Counted from the stretch's first letter, positions 12,022 to 24,266 are shown. The stretch is 64,000 nt of DNA from Lingula anatina (GCA_051362555.1 CM120642.1:32798001-32862000), one strand, 5' to 3'. Made by a program: numbers and translations. Notes: generated by a model from the letters alone, not told the origin.

Positions 12022-12950
12022 AAGATAACTACATATATAATATATATATATGTCAAAGGCCCGGATCAAATCTAGTCCCATGTCTTAGCTCAAGGCGCAA
12101 ATGAAGCCCATCTTTAATTTAACATATCTTTAGTAAATGTTACTAAATCAGTCTACATGTCTTTTCTTTAAACAATAAATATCTTTAAAAAGTAGCATCC
12201 TCTGATGTATTTTACAAATCACAGGTAATGAAATACAAGTATATCTCATTTGCCACACCTGTAAGTATCATAATATGTGCCTTGATCTAAGACATCCCCT
12301 GCACATGCCATACAAACAAACCGGCAGCTTGGCCAATTAACTTGGTCATTTAGCTTGCCCATTATGCTGTTAACAATGCTGTTAACTATGTTTACAAAGA
12401 CACCATAAAGAATGGGCCCAGCCAGGGTGTAATAAACATGGGGTCTGGGCTTTTTATGCATAGGACTAGATTTGATCCGGGCCTTTGACATATATATATA
12501 TGACAAAGTCAAAGTCTCCTCAACCTGTCCAACTATAATAGCAGGTTACCAAGAACTGTTAACTCCATCACATTTACAGCAACTTATTCATCCTAGTGTT
12601 AGCTGACCTTGCAAGGAATTCAGTTTATTGGAATGTATTTCTGAATAACAAGTTAAGAAAATTCACTAGTTAACTAAAGACACAAAACAACTGTCACTTT
12701 TACTTTAAAACCGTTTTATTATTATTTTGATAAATTTAGTTACAGAATGATAAACAAAGTATCACGTTTTCAATAATTAATATTTTAAATTACAATCCAT
12801 AACTGCAAGGTTGTGTCATCTACCAAAATACAACGTTGAGTCAACATGGCTGGATCAACGTTGATTTTACCTTGAATTTAGGTAGATCAACGGCAATTCA
12901 ACGTAACAACCTGTTTTCAACGGTGATCCAACGTAACTATGCCTGCTGGG
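11719..12950. mobile_element. Non-autonomous CMC/EnSpm-like DNA element at the end of ZNF copy 1
   Basis: Termini cccaccgggca / tgcctgctggg, 2-bp TSD AA (11717-11718, 12951-12952), clustered caacgttg-type subterminal repeats at both ends; finger sequence resumes at 12951. Confidence 0.75.
12051..12490. mobile_element. 440-bp MITE with TGT...ACA ends nested in a (TA)n tract
   Basis: Perfect 28-bp TIR tgtcaaaggcccggatcaaatctagtcc; TA repeats on both sides. Confidence 0.85.
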
Positions 12951-14150
12951 AAGATTCCGTGACATATTTTACAGTACAAAGTAGTTGCACTTTGCATGAA
13001 AGAATTCACACATGGGAGAAACCTTACAAGTGCACACTCTGTGACATTTTTTTTACATAACAAAGTGGTTGCACCAGTTTTAAAAGAATTCACGAAGGAG
13101 TTAGACTCCGTTCACATGAAAAATCTATTTTCTAAAAATCAATTTTCTATTCGCGGTATCTTGTGATCACTCCAAGCGCAGCTGAGAATTAATTACAGCT
13201 TTGGCAATAACTGGCTCGCGCTGCCAGTAATTACGCGGCAGGGTATTCAGGGCACAGACCATGATCACAAGATGCTGCAAATAGAAAATAGATTTTTAGA
13301 AAATAGACTTGTCATGTGAACGGGGCCTTAGATTAGACCTTACAAGTGTAGATTCCATGAAAAATATTTTACACGACAAAGTAGTTGCGCTGGGCATTAA
13401 AAAGTTCCCAAAGGAGAGTAACCTTACAAGTGCAGATTCTTTGACAAATATCTAACAGATCAAAGTAGTTGCACCATTCATGATAGAATTCACACAGGAG
13501 AGCATCCTGACAACTGTTTATTCTGTGACAAATATTTTGCACGAAAATGTAACTGTGCAAGGAATTATAGAATTCACACAGGAGAGAAAGCATTCCGGTT
13601 CTGTGACGAATAATTCATAGAACAACTAGCACCAAGAATTCACACAGGCGAGAGACCTTACTCGTGCAGATTTTGTGACAAACATTTAACTGAACAAAGC
13701 CTTGATCCAAGCATGAAAAAATTCAGACAGGATAGTTCAGATTCTGTGACAAATATTTTATAGAGCAAAGTGATTGCACTAATCACGAAAGAATTTACAA
13801 AAGAGTGATACTTTACAAGTATAGATTTTGTGACAAATAATTTTCACTTAATAGTAGTTTCGCCAGGCATGAAAGAATTCACACAGGAGGGAAACCTTGT
13901 AAGTGCACGTTCTTTGACAAATATTTTACAGATCAAAGTAGTTGCACCAGGCATGAAAGAATTTGCAAACTTGTAGTGAGACCTTATAAGTGTGGATTCT
14001 ATGACAAATATTTTCCAGAAAAGATTGGTCACCAACTACCTGTAGAAAGAATTTACACAGGAAAAAAAAAAAAAAACTAGCTTACATGTGTAGAATCTGT
14101 GATAAAACTGTTAAAGGAAGATATGTTTCTTGTTAACATCATGAAGGACT
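12951..14150 (+). pseudogene. Degenerate zinc-finger tail of copy 1
   Basis: About a dozen decayed 84-bp finger units with frameshifts and stops (ttctgtgacaaatatttt, gaattcacacaggagag). Confidence 0.8.
13104..13327. mobile_element. Harbinger-type MITE, TTA TSD
   Basis: TIR gactccgttcacatgaaaaatctattttctaaaaat / atttttagaaaatagacttgtcatgtgaacggggcc; tta on both sides; same family at 33889-34131. Confidence 0.8.
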
Positions 14151-14235
14151 TCAAATGGTATACTTATTGAGAAAAAATCCCCCCCCCCCCCCCCCTTCCT
14201 AATTGTCAGAGTTACGTTATGCCTGTTCATGTAGA

Positions 14236-14801
14236 TGTCATAGTGGTGATTTCACGGCCAAATTTCATTTTAGAAACTTCCACATTTAAATCAAATTAAA
14301 TCAACATTTGGTAAAGATTGTTCAGATGTCTCTTTTATAATGACATTATATGAATCTGTTAATGTACGTTATTCATTGAAAAGAACTGTAACCAAGTTTT
14401 AAAGGATGTTTTAAGTTTAAAAAGGATTGAATAACTTTATTTACGGCTTCATCTCCAATTTAGAGTTTAAAGCAGTCTCACTTTACGGCCGTAATTATGT
14501 TAATTGGCTATAATATCTCTGACTTGTTTTAGGAATCACTGTAATGCATTTTGTGTGTATTAGTATATAAGGAGAAGAACTTTGTATTAGAGAACAGAGA
14601 TTGTTGATCAGAGCTCGGAGTGAGTTTGGTCGGTCAAACCGATAGCTGGATTGTCCCTGCTGTCTTAGGAGACTCCAGATCTCTCAGCCAGAGAAATAAA
14701 TGTAGAGATCAGTCAGTTTGTAGTTGATCTCTGGAAAACATATCACTGCTGTTGTGTTACCTGCTGGAGAAGTAAATCAGACCAAAGTGTCCCCTGTGAT
14801 A
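14236..14801 (+). mobile_element. Probable solo LTR (566 bp)
   Basis: tgtcatag...ctgtgata ends (TG..CA with one change), 4-bp TSD taga, TATATAA 14564-14570, AATAAA 14695-14700; empty site catgtagaaaag in unit 2 at about 22339. Confidence 0.75.
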
Positions 14802-15661
14802 TAGAAAAGCATTGTTTTGATTCATTTGATATTCATTTTCACAGAATTTCTTAATTTTAATGTGAAAATATGAGAAAGAAGCACCAGTTAACTAGAGTCC
14901 AACATTATAGAAGTAAACACTAAACAGGGACTTTACCTAGCATTAGATGCCCTGTAAAATGGGCAGTTTATATTTTTTTAATGGAACCAATATACTGGAT
15001 TTTTGAATATACTTATCTTATATAATAATCAAGTAATAAATTGTATTCATATAACAAAAGAATATAATTTCGTGGCTTTTAAAATACACATCTAGCACAT
15101 AATTAATGATAATAAAAACATTTATTGCAATTATTAAGTTATATACATTGATATATGCATATGTGAATCATTTGCAGTAATGCACAGTTCACTTCCTCTA
15201 CTTAAACTGAATTACAGTTCTTTTTGTATCAATTTTCAAATAAAATATGTTTCCTAACAAATATTCCTAACAAGTATGTACGTAAAAATTTCCCAAGCTT
15301 TTTAAAAACAATTATTATTTGAAATAAGCAAAATTTATGCATGCATAGCAAAATAAGAATAGATTATAGGGAAGTTGTGTGAGAAACCAATCCTTATTTG
15401 GCCATTTTGTACTGGCATAGTGCAAATTTCTGTCCTCTTCTAAAAAAATCAACCATGGATTAACAAGAAATGGGTCCTGGGGAGAAAATGATTTGGCATC
15501 AAAATGTTCTTGGAAGTATTTTTATTATTTCAAGGTATTCAACTCTTGAGTTCTTATTCCCAGCAGAAGCAGCCTTGGTAATTAAGTTCTTATCCAGGGA
15601 AACTGACTAAAGTTTTTTTTTTTTTTTAGAAACTGGGGCCTGGGATATAAAAAGTTTATAC

Positions 15662-16190
15662 ATGTTAGTGGTGCTGTTGCTTACTGTGCTGTGCTGGATG
15701 TGGTGCCAGTCTCTGTATATGTAATGAGATGGTGTTAGTGGTGCTATGAATTATTGTGCTGTGCTCGATGTGGTACCAGTCCCTGTATATGTAATTAGAT
15801 TGTGTTAGCGGTGCTGTAAATGATTGTGCTGTGCTGGATGTGGTGCCAGTCCCTGTATATGTAATGAGATGGTGTTAGTGGTGCTATGAATTATTGTGCT
15901 GTGCTCGATGTGGTACCAGTCCCTGTATATGTAATTAGATTGTGTTAGCGGTGCTGTAAATGATTGTGCTGTGCTGGATGTGGTACCAGTCCCTGTATAT
16001 GCAATGAGATTGTGTTAGTGGTGCTGTAAATGATTGTGCTGTGCTCGATGTGGTACCAGTCCCTGTATATGTAATTAGATTGTGTTAGCGGTGCTGTAAA
16101 TGATTGTGCTGTGCTCGATGTGGTACCAGTCCCTGTATATGCAATGAGATTGTGTTAGCGGTGCTGTAAATGATTGTGCTGTGCCGGATG
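15662..16190. repeat. 70-bp minisatellite, about 7.5 copies
   Basis: Unit tgtgttagcggtgctgtaaatgattgtgctgtgctcgatgtggtaccagtccctgtatatgtaatgagat with an exact 70-bp period. Confidence 0.9.
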
Positions 16191-16292
16191 TGCCGAGGAT
16201 GGATGTACAATTAAAACACAGCTGTTATTCCGTTGATATTGAACATTAATCCTCAAGTTGTCATGAAATTTTATGCCGAGCCCTGACTCTTG

Positions 16293-16518
16293 GGGTGCTT
16301 TCCCAGTGATTTAGATCGATCTAAAGATTAAGTTTTAGATCGACATAACTCCCTGGAGGTTCACGCTAAATTGCAGTCAGCCGAGCGGGCACCATAGTTA
16401 ATTGCCCCCTTACAGCTTTTAGTAGGTGGGACAAACGCTTAAGCCGGCCAAGCTGACAGTAATATAGTGAGACTCCCGACAGGGATAGATCAATCTAAAA
16501 ATCTATGGAAATGGGTTG
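16293..16518 (+). mobile_element. MITE (gggtgctttccc family)
   Basis: Paralog at 23742-23967; inverted family member at 17119-17330. Confidence 0.65.
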
Positions 16519-16668
16519 TTGTACTCTTAGCAGAGAAAGACATGGTCAAACTGATGTTTTCTGATGTTGGTACAGTTTTTCTACAATTTTTTTTTACTAA
16601 ATGGTGAACTCAAGAGTGAACAAATGCAAAAGAGTGGATAATTGCCATGCTTGGGTTTTAATTTTAAT

Positions 16669-16816
16669 CAGGGCCGTAGCCTGAGCAAAATGCCAGGGGG
16701 GGCAGTAAGCGGACACGAGGGGGCGAAGCTACCGAGGGGGGAGAGTGTGGTGTGTAAAATTCCAAATTCCAGGGGGGGCAGGTGCCCCCCCTGCCCCCCC
16801 GGAGGCTACGGCCCTG
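16669..16816. mobile_element. 148-bp GC-rich MITE, 5-bp TSD TTAAT
   Basis: TIR cagggccgtagcct / aggctacggccctg; empty site ttttaatacatttt at about 24114. Confidence 0.85.
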
Positions 16817-16870
16817 TTAATACATTTTAACATGTGCCCTCCAAAACAGCACCAAGTCTTCTGTACCCAC

Positions 16871-16912
<42 letters not shown>

Positions 16913-16961
16913 ATTATTTATTTTTTTAATGGCTTGTCCTTTATGGTATTCTTGACTCTAA

Positions 16962-17355
16962 GGCCACATTCAGAACAGTGGACTAGCTTGACTGTGGATG
17001 AAATATGGCAACCCACTAAAAAGCTTGCCATCTAATTTGCTAATAGACACTGTATATATTACCCTTTGGGAAGTATTCAAGTGATATTGGATTTGGCCAT
17101 ATTTGACCCTCAGAGTTACACACCATTTCCATAGATTTTTAGATCGATCTATCCCTGAGGGGAGTCTCACTAGATTACTGTCAGCTTGGCTGGCTTAAGC
17201 GTCTGTCCAGCCTACTAAAAGCTGTAAAGGTGTAATTAACTGTGGTGCCCGTTCGGCTGACTGCAATGTAGGAGTTAGGTTCATCCAAAACTTAATCTTT
17301 AGATCAATCTAAATCTCTGGGAAAGCACCCTAAGTCCACTGTTCTGAATGTGGCC
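16962..17355. mobile_element. Harbinger-type MITE with a second MITE nested at 17119-17330
   Basis: TIR ggccacattcagaacagtggact / agtccactgttctgaatgtggcc; uninterrupted paralog at 24339-24517; nested element flanked by tta/taa. Confidence 0.8.
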
Positions 17356-17993
17356 TATGACAGAGTTACATCTCTGTTCGAAAATCAATCAACCTGATTT
17401 GTCCATTTTTCCTAAAGAAGGTTTTTTTTTAGCATATTTTTTCCAGTATTATACAAATAAAATGAAAACCATGTCATATTTTGCTTTTTAACTTGCATGA
17501 CTGATTCAAAGGTCAGACATATAGATCAAGTTTGAAAATAAGCTTGATTAGCTTATTTTTGTTGAAGTCTTAGCAGTAATATATTTTATGCATCATAAAT
17601 TTCTGCTTTTTGTCTGTACATTAGACAGCTTTGCAGTTAAGTTATGTCTTTTTTGTGTGAAATATTCATTTTTCACATATTGGCATTTTCAAGGTTGGAC
17701 ACTGAATTTCCATGGACTTGAAGAACTTTGATAGTCACACTTTTTGAATAACTATGTTACCTGTGGTGCACAATTAAAAATTGGTGGTGATTATGCTGTA
17801 AAGCATTATGTAATATCGCATCAAAATTGACTAAAACTTTATTTTGGCCTATATGCTGCCACAGTGACCATTCAAGGAAAACCATGTCATTTATGATTAT
17901 GAAACTTACAGAAAATTTAGAAGCAGTCTAGAAGACTAAAATACAACTCAAGTTGGAAAATCAGTCCGATTGGTGTCTTTTTCCAGAAGTTGT

Positions 17994-18044
<51 letters not shown>

Positions 18045-19497
18045 TGAAATGTTCATTTTTTCACATATTGGTTTTTTTAATATGTGTGCCTTTGACCGTA
18101 CTTGGTCTTGAAGATTTTACTTGTCGCATTTTCTGAAAATCAATTATATATTTATGTAATTGAAGGCTAATGTTGATCATGCTGTTGAGTATTTTGTAAT
18201 ATTGCATCAAAGTGACTAAAGCCCCATTTTATTTTGCTGCCATAATGCCCTTAAAAAAAACAATATCACTTATGATGCGCACACCTGTAGAAAAAAAGCA
18301 AAGGCCTACATAACAGCTTGAGTTGCATTTTTCAAAATAGAAATGTGAATTATTTGCAACTTATCAATGCACAGTTTATTTCTCTTATTTAAACTGAATT
18401 TCAGTTTAACTCCTGTTGTTTCATTTATGGAATATCAAAATAACTTTTCTTAAATTCTCAAATTTCAAGAGGGGAGCTTTGGTGTGATTTTTTCAGTAGT
18501 CGAAGGGAGATCGAGTCAGGACCGCCCTTAGCTGACCACCCCCTCTCAATCCGCCAACGAGTAGGCCTATGTACGTAAAATTACCAAACCTTTCACATTA
18601 CTTATATTAAGCAAAATCTTCATAAATATAGCAAAATAAATGCAGACTACATGTAGCCAAGTTGTGTGAGTTACTCATGTACCAATCTTGCTTTAGATAA
18701 ACCAAACATTTGTATTGCAAATGGGTTAAATCCTCCCCTAAAAAGTCAATCATAAATAAACAACAAATTGGTCATGGACAAAATAGATTTTTGCATCAAG
18801 TATTTCTTGAAGTATCTTTATTTTTTCAATATATTATTGTTATGCGCCATCTAGATATAAACAACTGTCCTGTGTTGCCGTTTCCGCCATATTGTGGCCT
18901 GTCCTGTCGTTTCTCTTAAACCGAGGCTGCATCTCAGAAGACTGCAGCAACAGAGAGAAGTTGAACATTTCTGCAGGTATTTTAATATTTTTGCCTCGTA
19001 CTCTTTGGATGAAGAAAAAAAGAATCTGTTAAGGCTATAGATGTGGCAGGTAATTATCCGCCGGTATGAACGATACAGTTGATCAGAGTTTACAATTCAA
19101 TCACTGGAAGTAACGGACCCAACCAACACTGGGACCCAACCGATTCCCACTCCCGCCATTGCGGCCATCTTCTGGCGGGACAAGCGGCGTCATGCTTTCT
19201 AGGATTATCCTTGGTCATGGCTATTGTAAAAATATGACTTCGTTGCCTTTACTACGCATATAACGCTAAATTTACTTATTGAATCACTAACAGACATATG
19301 TTTTCGGTGGCTTTTTCTGTTACCCAGCACCATGGAAGTTTATCTGCCTGCACAGCTCAATAAAGGACTTGGTTACGATAGTATATCACGCTACAGGGCA
19401 TCTGCCGTAGGGCAGATTCAAAACCTGGGTAAATCCTGCATTCTTCTCCAAGTGCCTGGCTCACGGTAGTTTTTTTTAACAACAAAGTAGTTGCACC

Positions 19498-21525
19498 ATG
19501 CAAAAAAGAATCCACACTGGAGAGAAACCTCACAAATGCAGATTCTGTGAAAAATATTTTACGAAACAAAGTGCTTGCACCAATCATGAAAGAATTCACA
19601 AAGGTGTGAGACCTTACAAGTGTAGATACTGTGACAAATATTTTACAGATCAAAGTAGTTGCACCGGGCATGAAAAAATTCACCCAGGAGTGAAACCTTA
19701 CAAGTGTAGATACTGCGACAAACATTTTGCACAAAAAGGTAATTGCGCTACGCATGAAAGAATTCACACAGGAGAGAAACCTTACAAGTGCAGGTTCTGT
19801 GACAAATATTTTACAGTACAAAGCCATTGCACCAGGCATGAAAAAATTCACAGTGAAGAGAGACCTTACAAGTGTAGATTCTGTGACAAATACTTTAAAG
19901 AACGTCGTGTTTGCATCGATCATGAAATAATTCATAATGGAGAGAGACCTTACAAGTGTAGATTCTGTGACAAATATTTTACAAAAAGTAGGAATTGCAC
20001 TTTGCATGAAAGAATTCACATAGGAGAGAAACCTTACAAGTGTAGATTTTGTGACAAGTATTTTACACAAAAAAGTAATTGCACTGTTCATGAAAGAATT
20101 CACACAGGGGAGAAACCTTACAATTGTAGGTTCTGTGACAAAAATTTTACAGTACAAAGTAGTTGCACTTTGCATGAAAGAATTCACAGAGGAGAGAAAC
20201 CTTACAAGTGTAGATTCTGTGACAAGTATTTTACACAAAAAGGTAGTTGCACTGATCATGAAAGAATTCACACAGGAGAGAAACCTTACAAGTGCAGATT
20301 CTGTGGAAAATATTTTTCACAACAACGTAATTGCTCCAGTCATGAAAGAATTCATACAGGAGAGAAACCTTACAAATGTAAGTTCTGTGACAAATATTTT
20401 AAAGAACAAAGTGAGCGCACCAAGCATGAAAGAATTCACACAGGAGAGAGACCTTACAAGTGTAGAATCTGTGACAAATATTTTTCACAACAAAGTAGTC
20501 GCAAAATGCATGAAAGAATTCACACAGGAGAGAAACCTTACAAGTGTAGATTCTGTGACAAGTTCTTTACAAAAAGAAGTGGTTGCACCGGGCATGAAAG
20601 AATTCACACAGGGGAAAAACCCTACAAGTGTAGATTCTGTGACAAATATTTTTCACAACTAAGTGGTCGCATCAAGCATGAAAGAATTCACACAGGAGAG
20701 AAACCTTATAAGTGTAGATTCTGTGACAAAAATTTTACAGTACAAAGTAGTTGCGCTTTGCATGAAAAAATTCACAGAGAAGAGAAACCTTTTAAGTGTA
20801 GGTTCTGTGACAAATATTTTACACAACAGATAAATTGCATATTTCATGAAAGAATTCACACAGGAGAGAAACCTTACAAGTGTAGATTCTGTGGAAAATA
20901 TTTTTCACGAAAAAGGGTTTGCTTCATTCATGAAAGAATTCACACAGGAGAGAAACCTTACAAGTGCAAGTTCTGTGACAAATATTTTAAAGAACAGAGT
21001 GAGTGCACCATTCATGAAAGAAGTCACACAGGAGAGAGACCTTACAAATGTAGATTCTGTGACAAACATTTTACAATAAAAAGTAATTGCACTGATCATG
21101 AAAGAATTCACACAGGAGAGAAACCTTACAAGTGCAGATACTGTGGCAAATGTTTTACTCGGAATGGCCAATGCACTACGCATGAAAGAATTCACAAAGG
21201 AGAGCAACCTTACAAGTGCAGATTCTGTGGAAAATATTTTTCACAACAAAGTCATTGCTCTAGTCATGAAAGAATTCATGCAGGAGAGAAACCTTACAAA
21301 TGTAAGTTCTGTGACAAATATTTTAAAGAACAAAGTGAGCGCACCAAGCATGAAAGAATTCACACAGCAGAGAAACCTTACAAGTTAAGATTCTGTGACT
21401 TTTTTTTACAAAAGAAAGTGGTTGCATCAGTCATAAAGAATTCACAAAGTAGTTTGATTACACCTTACAATTGTAGATTCCATGAAAAATATTTTACACG
21501 ACAAAGTAGTTGTGATGGGCATTAA
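19498..21525 (+). CDS. Tandem C2H2 zinc-finger protein, copy 2 (675 aa, 22 intact fingers plus a frameshifted tail)
   Basis: Same 84-bp finger repeat; finger order colinear with copy 1 for at least fingers 1-18. Confidence 0.87.
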   Translation: MQKRIHTGEKPHKCRFCEKYFTKQSACTNHERIHKGVRPYKCRYCDKYFTDQSSCTGHEKIHPGVKPYKCRYCDKHFAQKGNCATHERIHTGEKPYKCRFCDKYFTVQSHCTRHEKIHSEERPYKCRFCDKYFKERRVCIDHEIIHNGERPYKCRFCDKYFTKSRNCTLHERIHIGEKPYKCRFCDKYFTQKSNCTVHERIHTGEKPYNCRFCDKNFTVQSSCTLHERIHRGEKPYKCRFCDKYFTQKGSCTDHERIHTGEKPYKCRFCGKYFSQQRNCSSHERIHTGEKPYKCKFCDKYFKEQSERTKHERIHTGERPYKCRICDKYFSQQSSRKMHERIHTGEKPYKCRFCDKFFTKRSGCTGHERIHTGEKPYKCRFCDKYFSQLSGRIKHERIHTGEKPYKCRFCDKNFTVQSSCALHEKIHREEKPFKCRFCDKYFTQQINCIFHERIHTGEKPYKCRFCGKYFSRKRVCFIHERIHTGEKPYKCKFCDKYFKEQSECTIHERSHTGERPYKCRFCDKHFTIKSNCTDHERIHTGEKPYKCRYCGKCFTRNGQCTTHERIHKGEQPYKCRFCGKYFSQQSHCSSHERIHAGEKPYKCKFCDKYFKEQSERTKHERIHTAEKPYKLRFCDFFLQKKVVASVIKNSQSSLITPYNCRFHEKYFTRQSSCDGH

Positions 21526-22280
21526 AAAGTTCCCAAAGGAGAGAAACCTTACAAGTGCATATTCTTTGACAAATATCTAACAGATCAAAGTAGTTGCACC
21601 ATTTATGATAGAATTCACACAGGAGAGCATTCTGACAACTGTAGATTCTGTGACAAATATTTTGCACGAAAATGTAACTGTGCAAGGAATTATTGAATTC
21701 ACACAGGAGAGAAAGCATTCCGGTTCTGTGACGAATAATTCATAGAACAACTAGCACCAAGAATTCACACAGGCGAGAGACCTTACTCGTGCAGATTTTG
21801 TGACAAACATTTAACTGAACAAAGCATTGATCCAAGCATGAAAAAATTCAGACAGGATAGTTCAGATTCTGTGACAAATATTTTATAGAGCAAAGTGATT
21901 GCCCTAATCACGAAAAAATTTACAAAAGAGTGATACTTTACAAGTGTAGATTTTGTGACAAATAATTTTCACTTAATAGTAGTTTCGCCAGGCATGAAAG
22001 AGTTCACACAGGAGAGAAACCTTACAAATGCAGAATCTTTGACAAATATCTAACAGATCAAAGTAGTTGCACCAGGCATGAAAGAATTTGCAAACTTGTA
22101 GTGAGACCTTATAAGTGTGGATTCTGTGATAAATATTTTCCAGAAAAGATTGGTCACCAACTACCTGTAGAAAGAATTTACACAGGAAGAAAGAAAAAAA
22201 AAAAAAAAAACTAGCTTACATGTGTAGAATCTGTGATAAAACTGTTAAAGGATGATATGTTTCTTGTTAACATCATGAAG
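21526..22280 (+). pseudogene. Degenerate zinc-finger tail of copy 2
   Basis: Decayed finger units nearly identical to about 13400-14150. Confidence 0.8.
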
Positions 22281-23112
22281 GACTTCAAATGCTATACTTA
22301 TTGAGAACCCCCCCCCCCTTCCTTTCTTATTGTCAGTTCATGTAGAAAAGCATTGTTTTGATTCATTTGATATTCATTTTCACAGAATTTCTTAATTTTA
22401 ATGTGAAAATATGAGAAGGAAGCACCAGTTAATTAGAGTCCAACATTATAGAATTAAACGGAGACTATTCCTAGCATTAGATGCCCTGTAAAATGGGCAG
22501 TTTATATTTTTTAATGGAACCAATATACTGGATTTTTTTATATACTTATCTTATATAATAATGAAGTAATAAATTGTATTCATATAACAAAAGAATATAA
22601 TTTCGTGGCTTTTAAAATACACATCTTGCACATAATTAATGATAATAAAAACATTTATTGCAATTATTAATTTATATTCATTGATATATGCATATGTGAA
22701 TCATTTGCAGTTATGCACAGTTCACTTCCTCTACTTTAACTGACCGTTCTTTTTGTATCAATTTTCAAATTATTTTTTTGAAATAAGCAAAATTTATGCA
22801 TGCATAGCAAAATAAGAATAGATTATAGGCAAGTTCTGTGAGAAACCAATCCTTATTTGGCCATTTTGTACTGGTATAGTGCAAATTTCTGTCCTCTTGT
22901 TAAAAAAATTAACCATGGATTAACAAGATATGGGTCCTGGGGAGAAAATGATTTGGCATCAAAATGTTCTTGGAAGTATTATATTATTTCAAGGTATTCA
23001 ACTCTTGAGTTCTTATTCCCAGCAGCAGCAGCCTTGGTAATTAAGTTCTTATCCAGGGAAACTGACTAAAGTTTTTTTTTAGAAACTGGGGCCTGGGATA
23101 TAAAAAGTTATA

Positions 23113-23640
23113 CATGTTAGTAGTGCTGTTGCTTACTGTGCTGTGCTGGATGTGATGCCAGTCTCTGTATATGCAATGAGATTGTGTTAGCGGTGCTGTA
23201 AATGATTGTGCTGTGCTCGATGTGGTACCAGTCCCAGTATATTCAATGAGATTGTGTTAGTGGTGCTATGAATTTCTGTGCTGTGCTCGATGTGGTGCCA
23301 GTCCCTGTATATGTAATGAGATTGTGTTAGTGGTGCTATGAATTATTGTGCTGTGCTCGATGTGGTACCAGTCCCTGTATATGCAATGGGATTGTGTTAG
23401 TGGTGCTATGAATTACTGTGCTGTGCTGGATGTGCCAGCCCCTGTATATGTAATGAGATTGTGTTAGTGGTGCTATGAATTATTGTGCTGTGCTCGATGT
23501 GGTACCAGTCCCTGTATATGTAATGAGATGGTGTTAGTGGTGCTATGAATTATTGTGCTGTGCTGGATGTGGTACCAGTCCCTGTATATGCAATGAGATT
23601 GTGTTAGTGGCGCTGTAAATGATTTTGCTGTGCCGGATGT
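23113..23640. repeat. 70-bp minisatellite, about 7.5 copies (paralog of 15662-16190)
   Basis: Same unit with a different order of variants. Confidence 0.9.
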
Positions 23641-24266
23641 GCCGAGGATGGATGTACAATTAAAACACAGCCGTTATTCCGTTGATATTGAACATTAATC
23701 CTCAAGTTGTCATGAAATTTTATGCCGAGCCCTGACTCTTGGGGTGCTTTCCCAGTGATTTAGATTGATCTAAAGATTAAGTTTTAGATCGACATAACTC
23801 CTTGGAGGTGCACGCTAAATTGCAGTCAGCCGAGCGGACACCATAGTTAATTGCCCCCTTACAGCTTTAAGTAGGTGGGACAGACACTTAAGCCGGCCAA
23901 GCTGACAGTAATCTAGTGAGACTCCCCACAGGGATAGATCAATCTAAAAATCTATGGAAATGGGTTGTTGTACTCTTAGCAGAGAAAGACACGGTCAAAC
24001 TGATGTTTTCTGATGTTGGTACAGTTTTTCTACAATTTTTTTTTTTTACTAAATGGTGAACACAAGAGTGAACAAATGCAAAAGAGTGGATAATTGCCAT
24101 GCTTGGGTTTTAATTTTAATACATTTTAACATGTGCCCTCTAAAACAGCACCAAGTCTGCTGTACCCACTGCATATACATATACTGTATGCCCAGTCTCT
24201 GTTAAGAATTAAAACTGGTTTGAGCAAGTAGTGGGTAATTCTCAAAGGGTTATGGAATAGTATGCT

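Noticed and set aside
15662-16190. Regularly spaced repeats resembling a CRISPR array
   Set aside because: Whole 70-bp units repeat with no unique spacers; eukaryotic context and no cas genes
19060-19200. Conserved GC-richer block in all three units as a structured ncRNA or ribozyme
   Set aside because: No hammerhead, HDV, tRNA or snRNA motif recognised; recent duplication explains the conservation
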